Positions 50,762-63,760 of a DNA stretch of 64,000 nucleotides are shown one piece after another. Made by a program: the position numbers and the translations under genes. How positions within the stretch are numbered: position 1 is the first letter of the stretch; the number at the start of each line of letters is the position of its first letter. This DNA is from the human T2T-CHM13v2.0 reference genome, Homo sapiens. The stretch lies in the NCBI RefSeq assembly GCF_009914755.1, contig NC_060928.1. One strand, written 5' to 3'. The notes under the pieces were generated by a model that had not been told where the DNA came from, searched no databases, and was given only the letters and a program-made list of their open reading frames with translations.

Positions 50762-53049
50762 CTACTGGCTCAATCGATAATTCTTTATTTACCAAATGTT
50801 TATTAAACTGCCATTCTGAGTACTTCTCTCTAAAGTAGGGGTTTATGAACTTTTTGGAATCACAGATTCCTTTAAGAATCAAATAAAAACCAAGAATCTC
50901 ACTACCCCTCATTTCTAGGCATGTCTACAAAATTGTACTTAGAATCTGAAGAAGTCCTCAAACCATTTGAAATCTAGGTAAGAATGCATCATATCCGAAA
51001 GGAGTAAGGATAATCCATCCAACAATCACTATTGAGCACTTGCTTTATATTAAGAAATGCTGTAGATCCTGAAGACGTACAGTGAAAGAGGCACTGTCCC
51101 AGTGCTGGTGGCAGTACACATAAGTTGGGTAAAATGTGTATCTTACTTCATCACAGAAATGACTGCATTTGACCTCACAAAAATGAACGGGAAGTAATTA
51201 TAATGATTACAGTTGAATGTTGAATACAGTAGAGAATTAAAAATATTCATCTAAATGAAACAATGAGCTTTTTCTCGTCCCCTCTTTTTTGCTTCCTGCT
51301 TTTTACTATCATAAAATGTAAGTAAACATGAAATCTAAATTTTGCTTTTAAAAAGTACATTATGCATTATAGTTGAGTTAATAAGCATTTTTCAGTGACT
51401 GTAATATGAAAAGCACTATGCTAGATACTGTAAAAGGACAAATCTAAATATTTCAAAGCCATCTTTTATTTCCATTTGTTTCCATGCTTTCATAATCATA
51501 TGTTCTCTCTCACTGAACACTTGCCTTTAAAAATAGTATTTTAACACTTGACTATCTCTTCAGCAAAAGTCATCTTATTGAAATAATAAAACCAACCATA
51601 TCCTGCTGAGCATGATATTCTGTAAGGAAATAGAGAAAAGGAATAAAGACTTGGTTAACACTGGTGAAGGTAAAGAAAAATATACAATATGTCAAGAGAT
51701 AAAGGATAAATACTAATGTTCTATGCTGTAAGGTTTTGGACAAAGAATGCAATAGTACTATTCAGATAAGGAACTTCTAACAGGAAGACATCCTTCTGTC
51801 TGCATTTTATTGTTTCTCATTTGGAAACCAATTCATTGGGTCACTGGAAGGTGGAGGAGTAGACTGAGGTAGACAATATAAACAGAGGCAAAATAATGGA
51901 GACAGATACCCTTAGAAGCCCTCTGAGAGTTGTTTATGAGTAGGTGTGCCTCTGTATAGAGATAGACACCCAATAAGATCCTTGCATTTCTGAAACTATT
52001 CTTCACCTGGAAAGGAAACCAAGAAGCACAAATAATACTAATAATAAAAAAAGCAAAGGACAGCAGAATAACAAATAACCACATATAGTCATTTCGGACC
52101 TATTCTGAAACAACAGAATGCACTTTAAAAAGCAGTAAAAACAATAAAAATTCAGTCATCATGAAAAAGGAGAGCCTTAGCTGCAATAAAGGCAGTCAAT
52201 AAAGAAGCGCTCTCATTTAAACATCAAATGCACATTGTTTTGCAACACCTGTTATTCAGCCATAATAGCTTTCTTAACCTGTCAAAGTGTTTAAGCTGAG
52301 GAAAAGAAATGGGCCTCCAGCTGTGCAGTTCTGTGAAGAAAGCCTGTGCAAAGCGATATTAGTTTAATGAAATGTGTACAGATTGTAATTGTGGTAATAA
52401 GAGGGCAATTCCCTGAGGTGCCATAGGAAGACGGTGAGTGCAGCCAGGCAGAGAACAGAAGCTTGCAGGCTGAGGAGAGAAAATATGGCCTGTTCAGTAG
52501 AGAGGGCAGGAAGTGAGCTGGAAACATCAGGGAAAAAGAAATTCTGTGAATAGGTTTTCCTTAGACTCACTCAAAGAAAGAAACCAGGTCTACAAGGAGT
52601 TAAAACCCTCTCCTTGCAGCACAACTGACCCAGAGCTAATCTGAATCAGTGTTAACTCTGGTGCCTCAGGTTCTGAGAAACTCAAGGGAAACAGCTCTTC
52701 AGTCCTTGACAAGATGACAATGACCCTTCTGAAACTCATATTCAGGGTGAGAGACAATGAATAATAAAAAATAAGTGAGGGTTAAAGGGAGCAATACAAA
52801 AGAAGAAATAAAAATAAATTGCAAATCAAATATGCATTGGCTTACTTTTGTGTTTATCTAGGCATCATCCCAGAAAAGAACATTCTTTAAGGGTATTCCT
52901 GAGAGAAGGAGCCACTTCTATCAATTACTCAATAGAAAATCAATGTGCCATTATTTTAAACTTCCCCAATAATTTAAAAGTCCTAAGAGCAGAAGCCCAC
53001 AAGCAGAAACTTCCAGAGGAATCAGTTGCCAATGTAGAAAAATCTAAAT

Positions 53050-55430
53050 TATAGTGGACAAATTGCTGAAGGTCCAGTATGGACAATTCTGAGAGTTCAA
53101 AACTCTAGGAGACCGTATGAGGTTGGGTAGGTTAGGTGTATTAAATGCACTGGTGAACCTCCATGCTTTTGTGAGTTTTATCTCTTGGAGCTCTAAAAGG
53201 TTCTCACAGTAAATATTGGAGAAAACCTCATTTTTCCAGCAGAGGAGAAAGAATCAACAAAATCCCCTGAAACTAGTAAGTGACTATAGCAAGGTTGCAG
53301 GATAAAGCGTTAATATACAAAAGACAATTGTTTTCCTATATACCAAAAAATAACATGTGGAATTTGAAATTAAAAACACATTACCATTTACATTAACACC
53401 TGACAAAATAAAATATTTTTGTATAAATCTAAGAAAATATGTTCAAGACCCACATGAGGAAAACTGCAAAAATCTGATGAAAGAGATAGCAGAAGAACTA
53501 CATAAATGGAGAGATATTTCACATTCACGTAAATGTTGTAAAAATGTCAGTTCTTCCCAACTTGATCTATAGATTCAATGCAATCCTAGACAAAATCCTA
53601 GCAAGTTCATATATGGATATTGAAATGCTGATTCTAAAATTTATACAGTGAGGCCAAAAACAAGACTATTCAACATAACATGGGAGGAGAAGAACAAAGT
53701 TAGAGGACAGACACTACCTGACTTTCTCCCTGTAAAGCTATGGTAATCAAGTAATCAGAGTCTTATTGGTGAAAGAATAAACAAATAAATCACTGAAACA
53801 TAAAAGGAGCCCAGAAATAGATCTGCAAAAACATAGCCAACTTACCTTTGACGAAGAAGCAAAGGCAGTGCAATGAAGCAAAATCATCTTTTCAATACTG
53901 ATGTTGCAGTAACTGGACCTCAACCTGCAAAACAATGAATCTGAACAAAAACCTTACAACCATCACAAAAATTAACTCAAAATGGAGCACAGACTTAAAT
54001 GTAAAACACAAAACTATAAAGTTCCTAGAAGATAATATAGGAGAACATTTAGACGACCATGGATTTGGTGGTGAATTTTTATGTATGACACTAAAGGCAT
54101 GATTCATGACAGAAAGTATGGATATCGGGACTTCATTAAAGTTAAAAACTCTGCTCTGCAAAAAACATTGTCAAGAGAATAAAAAGAAACGCCACTGACT
54201 GGGAGAAGATATTTTCAAACAAAATATATCTCACAAAGGACGGTTATCCAAAAAATACAGAGACCTCTTAAAACCCAACAATGAGAAAACAAACAATCAA
54301 CTAAAAAGTGGGTCAAACACCTTGACACACACTTCACTAAAGAAGAGAAACAAATCGCAAATAAGCATATGAAAAAATGTTCCACATCACATATCATCTG
54401 GGAAATGCAAATTAAAACAATGAAACATGACTACACACCTATTAGAATGGCCAAAATTCAGAAGACTGGCAGCATCAAATGTTGTCAATGATGTGAAGCA
54501 ACATTATTAGAAATATCTCTGGGAATATAAAATAGTACAGCCACCTAGGAAAACAGTTTTGTTGTTTCTTACTAAATAAACATACTTTTACCACAAGATA
54601 CAGCAACCATGCTCCTTGGCATCCATGCAAAGGAGTTCAAAACTTATTTCCACACAAAAACAGCAAGCCCCTAAAAAAATAAAATACCTTAGTATAAGTC
54701 TAAGAAAACATGTATAAGACCTATATGAGGAAGACTATAAAAGTCTGATGAAAGAAATTGCAGAACTACATAAAGGGAGAAATATTTCTTGTTTATGGAC
54801 AGGAAGACTCAACATTATCCATCCTGCACATGGATGCTTATAGTAGTCTCATTCATAGTTGTCAAAACATGGAAGCAACCAAGATGTTTTTCGGTAGGTG
54901 AATGGATAAACTGTGATATATCCGGACAATGGACTCTTATTCAGCACTAAAAGTGAGCTATCAAGCCATGAAAAGACATGGAGGAAACTTAGTGCATCTT
55001 ACTAAGTGAAAGAAGCCAATCAGAAAATCTACATATTATCTAATTCCAACTATATGACATTTCTGAAGAGGAAAATGTGGAGACAGTAAAACGATCAGTG
55101 GTTTCCAGGGTTTAGGGGAGAGGAAGGGATAAATAGGCAGAGCATAGAGAAATTTTACAGCATGAGTCTATAATGGTGGATATACCTTTGTCCAAATCCA
55201 TAGAATGCACAACACCAAAAGTGAATCCTAATGTAAACTATCGACTTTGGGTGATGATATGCCAAGGTAGGCTCATCAATTGTAACAAATGTACCACTCT
55301 GGTTGAAGATGTTGATAGTGGGGGAGGCTATACAGATGCACAATCATTGGTTATATGGACAATCTCTATTCCTTCCTCTCAATTTTGCTGTGAACCTAAA
55401 TTGCTAAAAATAAATAAATAAATAAATAAA
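53050..55430 (+). mobile_element. L1MC-type (L1MC1/2-like) element: possible short 5' piece, then ORF2 3' half and 3'UTR
   Basis: ORF 53357..53572 IKYFCINLRKYVQDPHEENCKNLMKEI matches L1 ORF2; 3'UTR CCATAGAATGCACAACACCAAAAGTGAATCCTAATGTAAACTAT...TTTTGCTGTGAACCTAAA; (TAAA)n tail. The 53050-53260 assignment is less certain. Confidence 0.85.
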
Positions 55431-55433
55431 GTT

Positions 55434-55791
55434 CAGATGATTTCTGACCTAAGATGGTTAAACAGGATTTTTCAACTTTATGATGTGGTAAAAGTGATAT
55501 GCATTTGGTAGACATCATTGGACTTTGAGTACCCATACAACCACTCTGTTTTTCATTCACTATCAGTACAATATTCAATACATTACATGAGATATTCAAC
55601 AATTCATTATAAAATAGACTGTGTTAGATGATTTTGCCTGTCAGTTAATGTAAACGTTCTGAGCATGTTTAAGGTAGGCGAGTCTAAGCTATGAGGCTTG
55701 GTAGGTTAGGTATATTAAACGCATTTTCAATTTATTTCAACTTATGATGGATGTATCAGGATGTAACCCTTTGTAAGTTGAGGATCATTTG
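55434..55791 (-). mobile_element. MER47A-like TcMar-Tigger MITE
   Basis: Ends CAGATGATTTCTGACCTAAGATGG / TTGTAAGTTGAGGATCATTTG; internal TTTAAGGTAGGCGAGTCTAAGCTATGAGGCTTGGTAGGTTAGG; ~360 bp. Confidence 0.8.
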
Positions 55792-56100
55792 TCATTTATA
55801 TAAAACTTTTTCAAATATATATATATATATCTTTTAAATCAATAATATATGTGCAGGGATCATTTTACAAAGTAAATTAGCTTAACCCTTAAATAAAATT
55901 GATCTTATAGAGTTTGAGCTCTAGAAATCATCTGTCGTTATTTTTTCTTCTTCATACCTCAAACATAGTATAAGGTGGCTTACACTTTAAATTTGAAACT
56001 TCCATGCATGTCCTGGCTCTACAATTTTCTGTCAGTTAGCCTGTCTGAAACCTCGATTTCCTCACCTGAAAAATCAGAATAATAACCTGTATTCTAACTT

Positions 56101-56410
56101 TTCTTTTTTTATTTTTTATTTATGTATTTATTTATTTTTGAGGCAGAGTCTTGCTCTGTCGCCCAGGCTACAGTACAGGGGAGCCATCTTGGCTCACTGT
56201 AACGTCTGCGATTCTCCTGGCTTAGCCTCCCGAGTAGCTGGGATTACAGGCAACTTCCACCCTGTCCAGCTAATATTTTTATGTATTTTTAGTAGAGACG
56301 GCCGTTTCACTATATTAGCCAGGCTGGTCTCAAACTCCCGACCCTAGGTGATCTGACCACCTCAGCCTCCCAAAGTGCTGAGATTATAGGCGTAAACCAC
56401 CACGCCGACC
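56101..56410 (-). mobile_element. AluS-type SINE inserted in a MIR
   Basis: Antisense Alu with a ~15-nt deletion; perfect TSD CTGTATTCTAACTT at 56087-56100 and 56411-56424; MIR core CCTCGATTTCCTCACCTGAAAAAT upstream. Confidence 0.9.
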
Positions 56411-58464
56411 CTGTATTCTAACTTCTGTTAGGCTCATTCACAAATGTTTTAAGTAGCTCTGGTAAGTCTGCATCTACAGTTGCTTAGGGACAGATACCCT
56501 GAGGTTTTGAGCTATGAAAAGACATAAAGCACAGGGCAAAATGAGCCTGGACTCTTGGATGGTTTGAAATTTGATAATAGAATAAATTTTAAAATCTTCT
56601 TTAAGAGTTAAAAATTACTTAGGACTGAGTATATCCTATTTTCCTCCTCCACATAATTACTGGGCATTGAAATCATACAGATATTTAGTTAACTACTCAG
56701 AACACAACTGATATTAGCTAATGTTTACATATTCCTTTATAGCATGTACAGCATTTTCATGAACAGTCACCAATTTATGTGAGACACTTGAGAATATGTC
56801 TAAGATACAGAAAGCCCTTCATAAGTACTTTTTTGATAGTTTAATTATCTTCTACAACTCATCAGATAAGGAGAAATAATACTGTAGTTTATGGTTAGCA
56901 AATAGACAAACTGGCTCAAAAGAGAAGTCACTTGCCTCAGTTTATACTACTAGGAAATGACAAGTTAGAAACTGAACCTAGATGATACAATACCAAATAG
57001 AATATCCTTATCAATACTGTATGCAACCTAATCCACAATTCATGAAAAATGACTAACCTGCAATGGATAGAAGATGATACTAGAAGTCAAAAGACTTCAT
57101 GTCTTTCTAGTGGCCCAATGTATTGCAAATGGCACTTACTTTCCCTGATAATTTGTTAAATTTTTCTTGCAAAATTATGTATTGCAGTTCACACCTACAA
57201 AAACTATGTTATCCTGTGACATTTTCATCACAGATTTATCTTGTAGATAATTAAGCTACCATTTGAAAAGAACATACTATTCCTGAGTTCCTATAAAGCT
57301 AAAAACACTTTCATCATTTTTTTAAATTTAATCGTCACCCCTACCTTAGATGGTAAGTAATATTAGTCTTCATCTGAGGGATAATTGATGAGGAATTTGA
57401 GGCTTAGGGATACAAATTGATTTGCCAAGTACATACAGTTAATTAATAGTAAAGTTAGGATTCTAAGCCAAATCTGTTTGAGCTGTCACCATCACACTGT
57501 AGTTCCTTGGGGAAACAATGAATAAAAAAGTTAAATAAGCTTTTTATTAATTTTTTTAGTAATTCTTAGGTCTTGAACATAAATACAATGAGCCTCTCCA
57601 GATGAGGGTATAGAATGCATCATTACTCATATTTCTATGGTAGCAGAACTATTTTTTCAGAACATATTGTGGAAATAGTATTCTAAGGAATTAGATGATT
57701 TCCAAGAAAACTTCCAATTCTATAGTTTTACTACTTTACTAACTGGATCTCTGTTCTCTTTACATCTGGATCTGCTTTTTAACCAAGCCAGATCTCAAGT
57801 TTCTCTACTTGAAATGATATCACATAAACACAGAGTTGTTGTGAAGATCATAGGTGCCATTTGATACAAATAACATAACAAAATAATGCAAAAACAAAAA
57901 TATTTGTTTCTAAAAAGTAATAAGCACTATGTAGATTTAAGTAATATTAGAATAGATTGTATCATCAGTTGAAAAGCCAAGATAGATTTTTTTCTAACTT
58001 GAAACATATTTTTAAAGTAATGTTCAAATAAGTCAAAGATTTTACCAAGTGACACTTGAGATGAAACTTCAACTGAGTTAAGAGGAGAATTTTAATCTAT
58101 CTCCAAACTGACTCATCTCTTGACCCAACTTTGTCATTTTTGCTTACTCCCACATGTTCTAACTTTTTGGAGATAAAATTCTGTACCAAATAAATTTAAG
58201 GAGTCCAGCACGCTGAACTTCTCATCTCCAACTTGTGTTCCTTTTAATAATAGGTTTGAGGGTTTCTGAGACTTTCCCAACTGAGACCTCATGTTGGGAA
58301 GTGACACCTTGCTTTTCATTGTCTATACTCTACTCTGATTCATGATATCATGTGGAGCATCATGACTGATATAATCTGACACACCTTGTCGTGGAGCCAC
58401 ATGCACCCGCTTGGAAGCCTACTGAGAAACAAGTTTCAGCAAAGGCAACTTGGAAGATAAAAAC

Positions 58465-58513
58465 GTGTGTGTGTGTGTGCGTGTGTGTGTGTTTGTGCGT
58501 GTGTGTGTGTGTG
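58465..58513. repeat. Interrupted (GT)n microsatellite
   Basis: Directly visible. Confidence 0.9.
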
Positions 58514-58710
58514 GTAATTCAACTTCCTGAAGTACAGAGAACTTTTCCCAAATCTAAGACAAGGAAATGATTTACAACAAAATCAATGTACACTTTTGAA
58601 TATAACAGGATTCTGGGCTAATTCTACATATATACCTTCTTGTAATTGCTTTTAAAATAAAAATTAAAACATACTCAATATTTACAAAACGAAACTATTC
58701 ATCTAGTATA

Positions 58711-59188
58711 TTTTTTTCAATTTTCATTTTTGACTCAGGGGTAGATGTGCAGGTTCATTACATGAGTAAATTGTGGGTCACTGAGGTTTGGTGTATGAAT
58801 GATTCTATCACCCAGGTAATGAGCATAATAACCAAAAGGTAGTTTTTCAGCCTTCGATCCCCTGCCACCCTCCCCAAACCAGTAGTCCCCAAGGTCTATT
58901 GCTACCATCTTTGTGTCTATGTGTACTCAGTGTTCAGCTCCCACTTATAAATGAGAATATGTGGTATTTGGTTTTCTGTTTCTGCATTAATTTGCTTAGG
59001 AAATGGCCTCCAGCTGTATCCATGTTGCTCCAGAGAACACGATTTCATTCTTTTTATGGCTGTGTAGTATTTCATCATGTATATGTACCACATTTTCTTT
59101 ATCCAGTCTAGTCTTGACATGCATCTAGGTTGATTCCATGTCACTGCTATTATAAATAGTGTTCTGATGAACATATAAGTGCATGTCT
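58711..59188 (-). mobile_element. L1PA15/16-like 3' end
   Basis: GGGGTAGATGTGCAGGTT...CTGAGGTTTGGTGTATGAATGATTCTATCACCCAGGTA...CTCCCACTTATAAATGAGAATATG; ORF 58917..59174 [18 protein letters not shown]...DWIKKMWYIY matches the ORF2 end. Confidence 0.85.
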
Positions 59189-59494
59189 TTTTTTTTTTTT
59201 TTTTTTTTTTTGAGACGGAGTCTCACTCTGTCACCCAGGCTGGAGTCAGTGGCGCATTCTTGGCTCACTGCAAGCTCTGCCTCTCGGGTTCACGCCATTC
59301 TCCTGCCTCAGCCTCCCGAGTAGCTGGGACTACAGGTGCCTGCCATCACGCCCAGCTAATTTTCTGTATTTTGTTTAGTAGAGACAGGGTTCCACCGTGT
59401 TAGCCAGGATGGTCTCGATCTCCTGAGCTCGTGATCCACCTGCCTCGGCCTCCCAAAGTGCTGGGATTACAGGCATGAGCCACCGCACCCGGCC
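59189..59494 (-). mobile_element. AluY SINE with no recognisable TSD
   Basis: GCAAGCTCTGCC, GGTTCACGCCATTCTCC, TTAGCCAGGATGGTCTCGATCTCC; ~23-nt poly(T). Confidence 0.93.
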
Positions 59495-60292
59495 AAAAAT
59501 AATTTTGTGATTACATAGTAGATGTATATATTTACAGGGTATGTGACATGTTTTCTTACAGGCCTGGAATGTGAAATAAGCACATCATGGAGAATGGGGT
59601 ATTCATCCTTTTAAGCATTTATCCTTTGAGTTACAAACAATCCTTTTACATTCTTTAAGTTATTTAAACAATGCAATTAAGTTATTATTGACTATAGTCA
59701 TCCTATCATGCTATCAAATCATAGGTCTTACTCATTCTTTCTATTTTTTGTACCCATTAGCCATACTCATCCCCATCCCCACCCTCTACTACCCTTTCCA
59801 GTCTCTGGGTAACCATCTTTCTACTCTCTATGGCCATGAGTTCAATTGTTTTGACTTTTAGATCCCGCAAATAAGTGAGAACATGCAATGTTTGTTTTTC
59901 TTTTCCTGGCTTATTTCACTTAACATAATGATCACCAGTTCCATACATGTTGTTGCAAATAACTGGATCTCATTCTTTTTATGGCTGAATAATATGTAAA
60001 GCACCCTCTCTCCATAGAGGATGCTATCTCAATCTAGCAAACCATCATAATACATGTACCACATTTGCTTTATGCATTCATCTGCTGATGGATGTCTTCC
60101 AAATCTTAGCTATTGTAATTGGTTCCTTCCAAACCTTAGCTATTGTAGCAAACATAAGAGTGCGGATATTTCTTCGATATACTGATTTCCTTTCTTATGG
60201 GTGTATACCTAGCAGTGGGATTGCTGGATCATATGGTAGCTCAATCTTTAGTTTTCTGAGGAACCTCCAAACGGTTCTCCATAATGGTTGTA
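59495..60292 (-). mobile_element. L1MA1/2-like 3' end
   Basis: ACATAGTAGATGTATATATTTACAGGGT...CACATCATGGAGAATGGGGTAT...GAGGAACCTCCAAACGGTTCTCCATAATGGTTGTA. Confidence 0.85.
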
Positions 60293-60719
60293 GACTAGTA
60301 TATTTTTAATGAAGTTCAAACTGCTTTGGGGTCATCTGATACCAGTACGTTTTTAAAAACAGAAAAGAAATGTTGTTTTTTCACTGAATTCTAATAGAAT
60401 ACTGCAGGAAAATGGTCACTTTTCTTATTGACCTATGAAGTAACTTGTGTTTTGTGTATGAGGATGGGAGTACGTGTTTTCACACAACTGTCAGCATTAG
60501 CGTCCTTCTTTTAGTGAAGCTGTTGATGTTGCCATGGGAAAATATCTGCCTATGTATTAAGCTGAGCTGACTTTATTTCTGCAATCTTAACATTTTAAAA
60601 AATATATTTCCATTCTAAAAACAAGGCCTGACATCTATGAGCATCAGGCAAAATGGGTTTGAACTTTGGCTCTTTCATCAACTCACCCATCCCAGTGGCA
60701 CTGAATTCTGCAGATGCAT

Positions 60720-61073
60720 TTTTATTTTAATTTATTTTTATTTTTATTTTATTTTATTTTTATTTTTATTTTTATTGAGACAGGTCTCACTCTGTCGCTC
60801 AGCCTGCAGTGCAGAGGCGTGATCTTGGCTCACTATAACCTCCACCCATTGCAACCTCGGCCTCCCAGGTTCAAGTGATTCTCCTGCTTCAGCTCCACAA
60901 GTAGCTGGGACTACAGGCACACACCACCATGCCTGGCTAATTTTTGTGTTTTTAATAGAGATGGGGTTTCGCCATTATGACCAAGCTAGTTTTGAACTCC
61001 TGACCTCAAGTGATCCACCCGCCTTGGCCTCCCAAAGTGCTGGGATTACAGGAGTAAGCCATCATGCCCAGCC
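60720..61073 (-). mobile_element. AluS-type SINE
   Basis: (TTTTA)n tail; GAACTCCTGACCTCAAGTGATCCACCC; short internal duplication near 60831-60860. Confidence 0.88.
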
Positions 61074-62719
61074 TACACATGCTTTTATAAGCATCAGAGA
61101 AGTACATACTGCTCCCATATTAAGGAGATGATCTTTTCCTCCACATGCTTTTCCCTAATGCTTATCATCTTTCATTCAACAACTGAACTCCAAGAAGGTA
61201 TCTCTTGTCTTACTCTTATTTTCCTCAATCAGCAAAGTAAAAGAGATCAACTTTAGGTTAATATGAATGAATTATGCTTCCATAGATAGTTATGCCATTT
61301 CTCTAATCCTGAAAACAAAAATTCCTGGTACCTCATTAAAAAGAACATAAAACTTGATCCAGTAGGGTGAAGGTGGGAAATTTTATGGCTGATAGAAGCA
61401 AAGCCCTCTGAAACACTTCTACCAAAGGACAACTCTGACCAGGATTATATTAAATAAGAACATAGTCCTTGCTGTATGTATTAATTCAACAAAGCCTCTG
61501 CCTATACAAATATTTCCCAGCTAAGAGTAAAAGGCTAGGTTTTTGATAGTTTGCAGAATAAACTCTATTCATAATATCGCTTTTGCTGTCAGTAAATGTC
61601 ACCAAGGTGAGAATTGTCTATTTTTATTCTACTTCAGCCTTCAGCTTCAGAAAAAACTTCAGAGAAAATGTATGAACTACCTGTATTGAAAGGCCTTGTT
61701 CAGTGAGTCTTCTGTATGTGCTCCCTGGGCATCTAGAAGTTTTGCAGTGTTTCATTCAAGCTGTTCAAGGTTGAGCATCTATTCACACCACTTTGCAATT
61801 GAAGCAGTCATAGCTTTTCCAAAACAGCCTGCCTATTAGGTCTAGGCCTTTCTATCCCCTGTCTCAGGGAAAATAATCAGAACAGCTTCCTTTTCTCTTT
61901 TCTGTACTTTATTATGTGTTTCAAGGTTGACAAAAAAGGCAGGATCAATGATTTTCCTTTAAAATATGACATAGCTATTTCTTGCCCACAGAATAGCTAC
62001 CACAGATTTTTTCTCAGAGCAATGGTTGTGATGCTAGATGAGGTTGGTTTTAATGAGCCAATTTTGGGCTGCTTGACTCCTCTACTCTTCATAGGAGTAA
62101 TTCACCTACAGTCTTTACATATATCCCTGCTGACACTTTAAAACAATGTGCTTGTTTTCTTTTAAGCACAGTACACAAAATCAAGCTCAGTAGAAGCTCC
62201 ATCCACACAGAGACCAAGACCATATTTCAAAAGCTAAAAATAGAAGAATCTTTTAAAATATATATTATAAAACACAAAGCATTAATTCTGGCTGTGTCTA
62301 GGATACTCATTAAACATCAGGAACAATGTTAGCTATTTATTGTTATCATCACCAGAGATTTCTGCACCTTGATTTTAACTTACTTTGGTGATATGGCTAT
62401 TAGCAATATTCTTTTTAGGTGTGGCAATTCCCAGGCTTGTGTTGAACAAATCCTAGTCATGTTTCTTGGTATTGGGAAGATAATATCTTTGCTCTAGATG
62501 AACACATAACCAAGGGAAATAATATTTTCTAACAAAAACTGTAGCTGTCAGTTTTATTAACACATTGACTAGCACAGCAGAATTTCTAATAAACACAGTT
62601 GATGTAAGGTGGCTTTTTAGCAGCTTTAATCCAAACTGAGGCCAAGACAATTCACAGGCACCCTAAACTCATGAGGAAGCCAATTGTTTTCCCTTCTTTG
62701 AAATAAAATTGAGAAGCTT

Positions 62720-62910
62720 GAAATACATAGTTTAAGAGCACATACTGAAGTCAGCTATACTTTGCCAGTTATTAACTATTATTTAACCCTATGTGATCTT
62801 CAATTTTCGTGCCTCTACTGTAGGGATAATAACGAGCAGGTGGAGATGATTCCCATGGGATAGCACACAGCCTGGCACATAATAAACGTATAGTAGAGGT
62901 AAACTTTGTT
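62720..62910 (+). mobile_element. MIR SINE fragment
   Basis: ATAGTTTAAGAGCAC...GGGATAATAAC...AGCACACAGCCTGGCACATAATAAAC. Confidence 0.55.
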
Positions 62911-63582
62911 GATGCTAAACTATTTTTTCTTAACTTTTGCCAAGAGCATGAAGAGTTCCTCCAATTTCACCAAAACTGAACAATATTTCTAGACTCTTAG
63001 CCTAAATTCAATAACACAATAATGAGTGGGTGTTCAAAACATTCACCCCACCTTACACTCTGTGAGTGCAAAATAGAATCATCAGCATTTTAAGGCTCCT
63101 GTTTACCCATTTTCTGTACCCTAGACTGAAATTCACTTCAGGTGGAGTTACTGAACAGCAACCAAACTGGGACTGTTCTGCCTACATAATTTTACTGCAT
63201 ATTTTAGTTCTTATAAGCTGTGCTATGTAAATTAATTAATTAATGATATATAAATAATTTACATATGATAGCTTGTAAGAACTAGACTATGCATAAATAT
63301 ATGCATGCACACACATACACATTGGTGATAGTAGGACTGAGGTTCTGTGACTTCACGGTGAAAGTCTTTGTATTAAATTACCTGTCTTTTAAACTAACAT
63401 GTCTCCTAAATAGGCAATTCCTATCATCAAATTTTATTTTCTTTCTTTATGATTGTAGTTCACCCATCGCTAATTCCCTATTTTTCCTGGTTCTCATTAA
63501 CTTCTTCCTTTATATCTTTTTGATTATCAGTCGTATGAGGACTGTGCTCCACAAAATGTTTTAAATAGTAACAGGTTTATAT

Positions 63583-63760
63583 TTATTTACTCACTGAGCA
63601 AACATTAAGAAGGCATGCACTGTGTGCAAAAAACTGAGCTAAGGATGGGCAAATATACAAGGATAAACAAGATAAAGTTACTGTCCTTCGGGACCTCACA
63701 CTTAGTAGAGAAAATAGCAAAGTACTCACATTAAAAAATACTGAAAGACAGATTCTGGTA
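63583..63760 (-). mobile_element. L2 3' end fragment
   Basis: TTATTTACTCACTGAGCAAACATT...GCACTGTGTGCAAAAAACTGAGCTAAGG. Confidence 0.55.
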
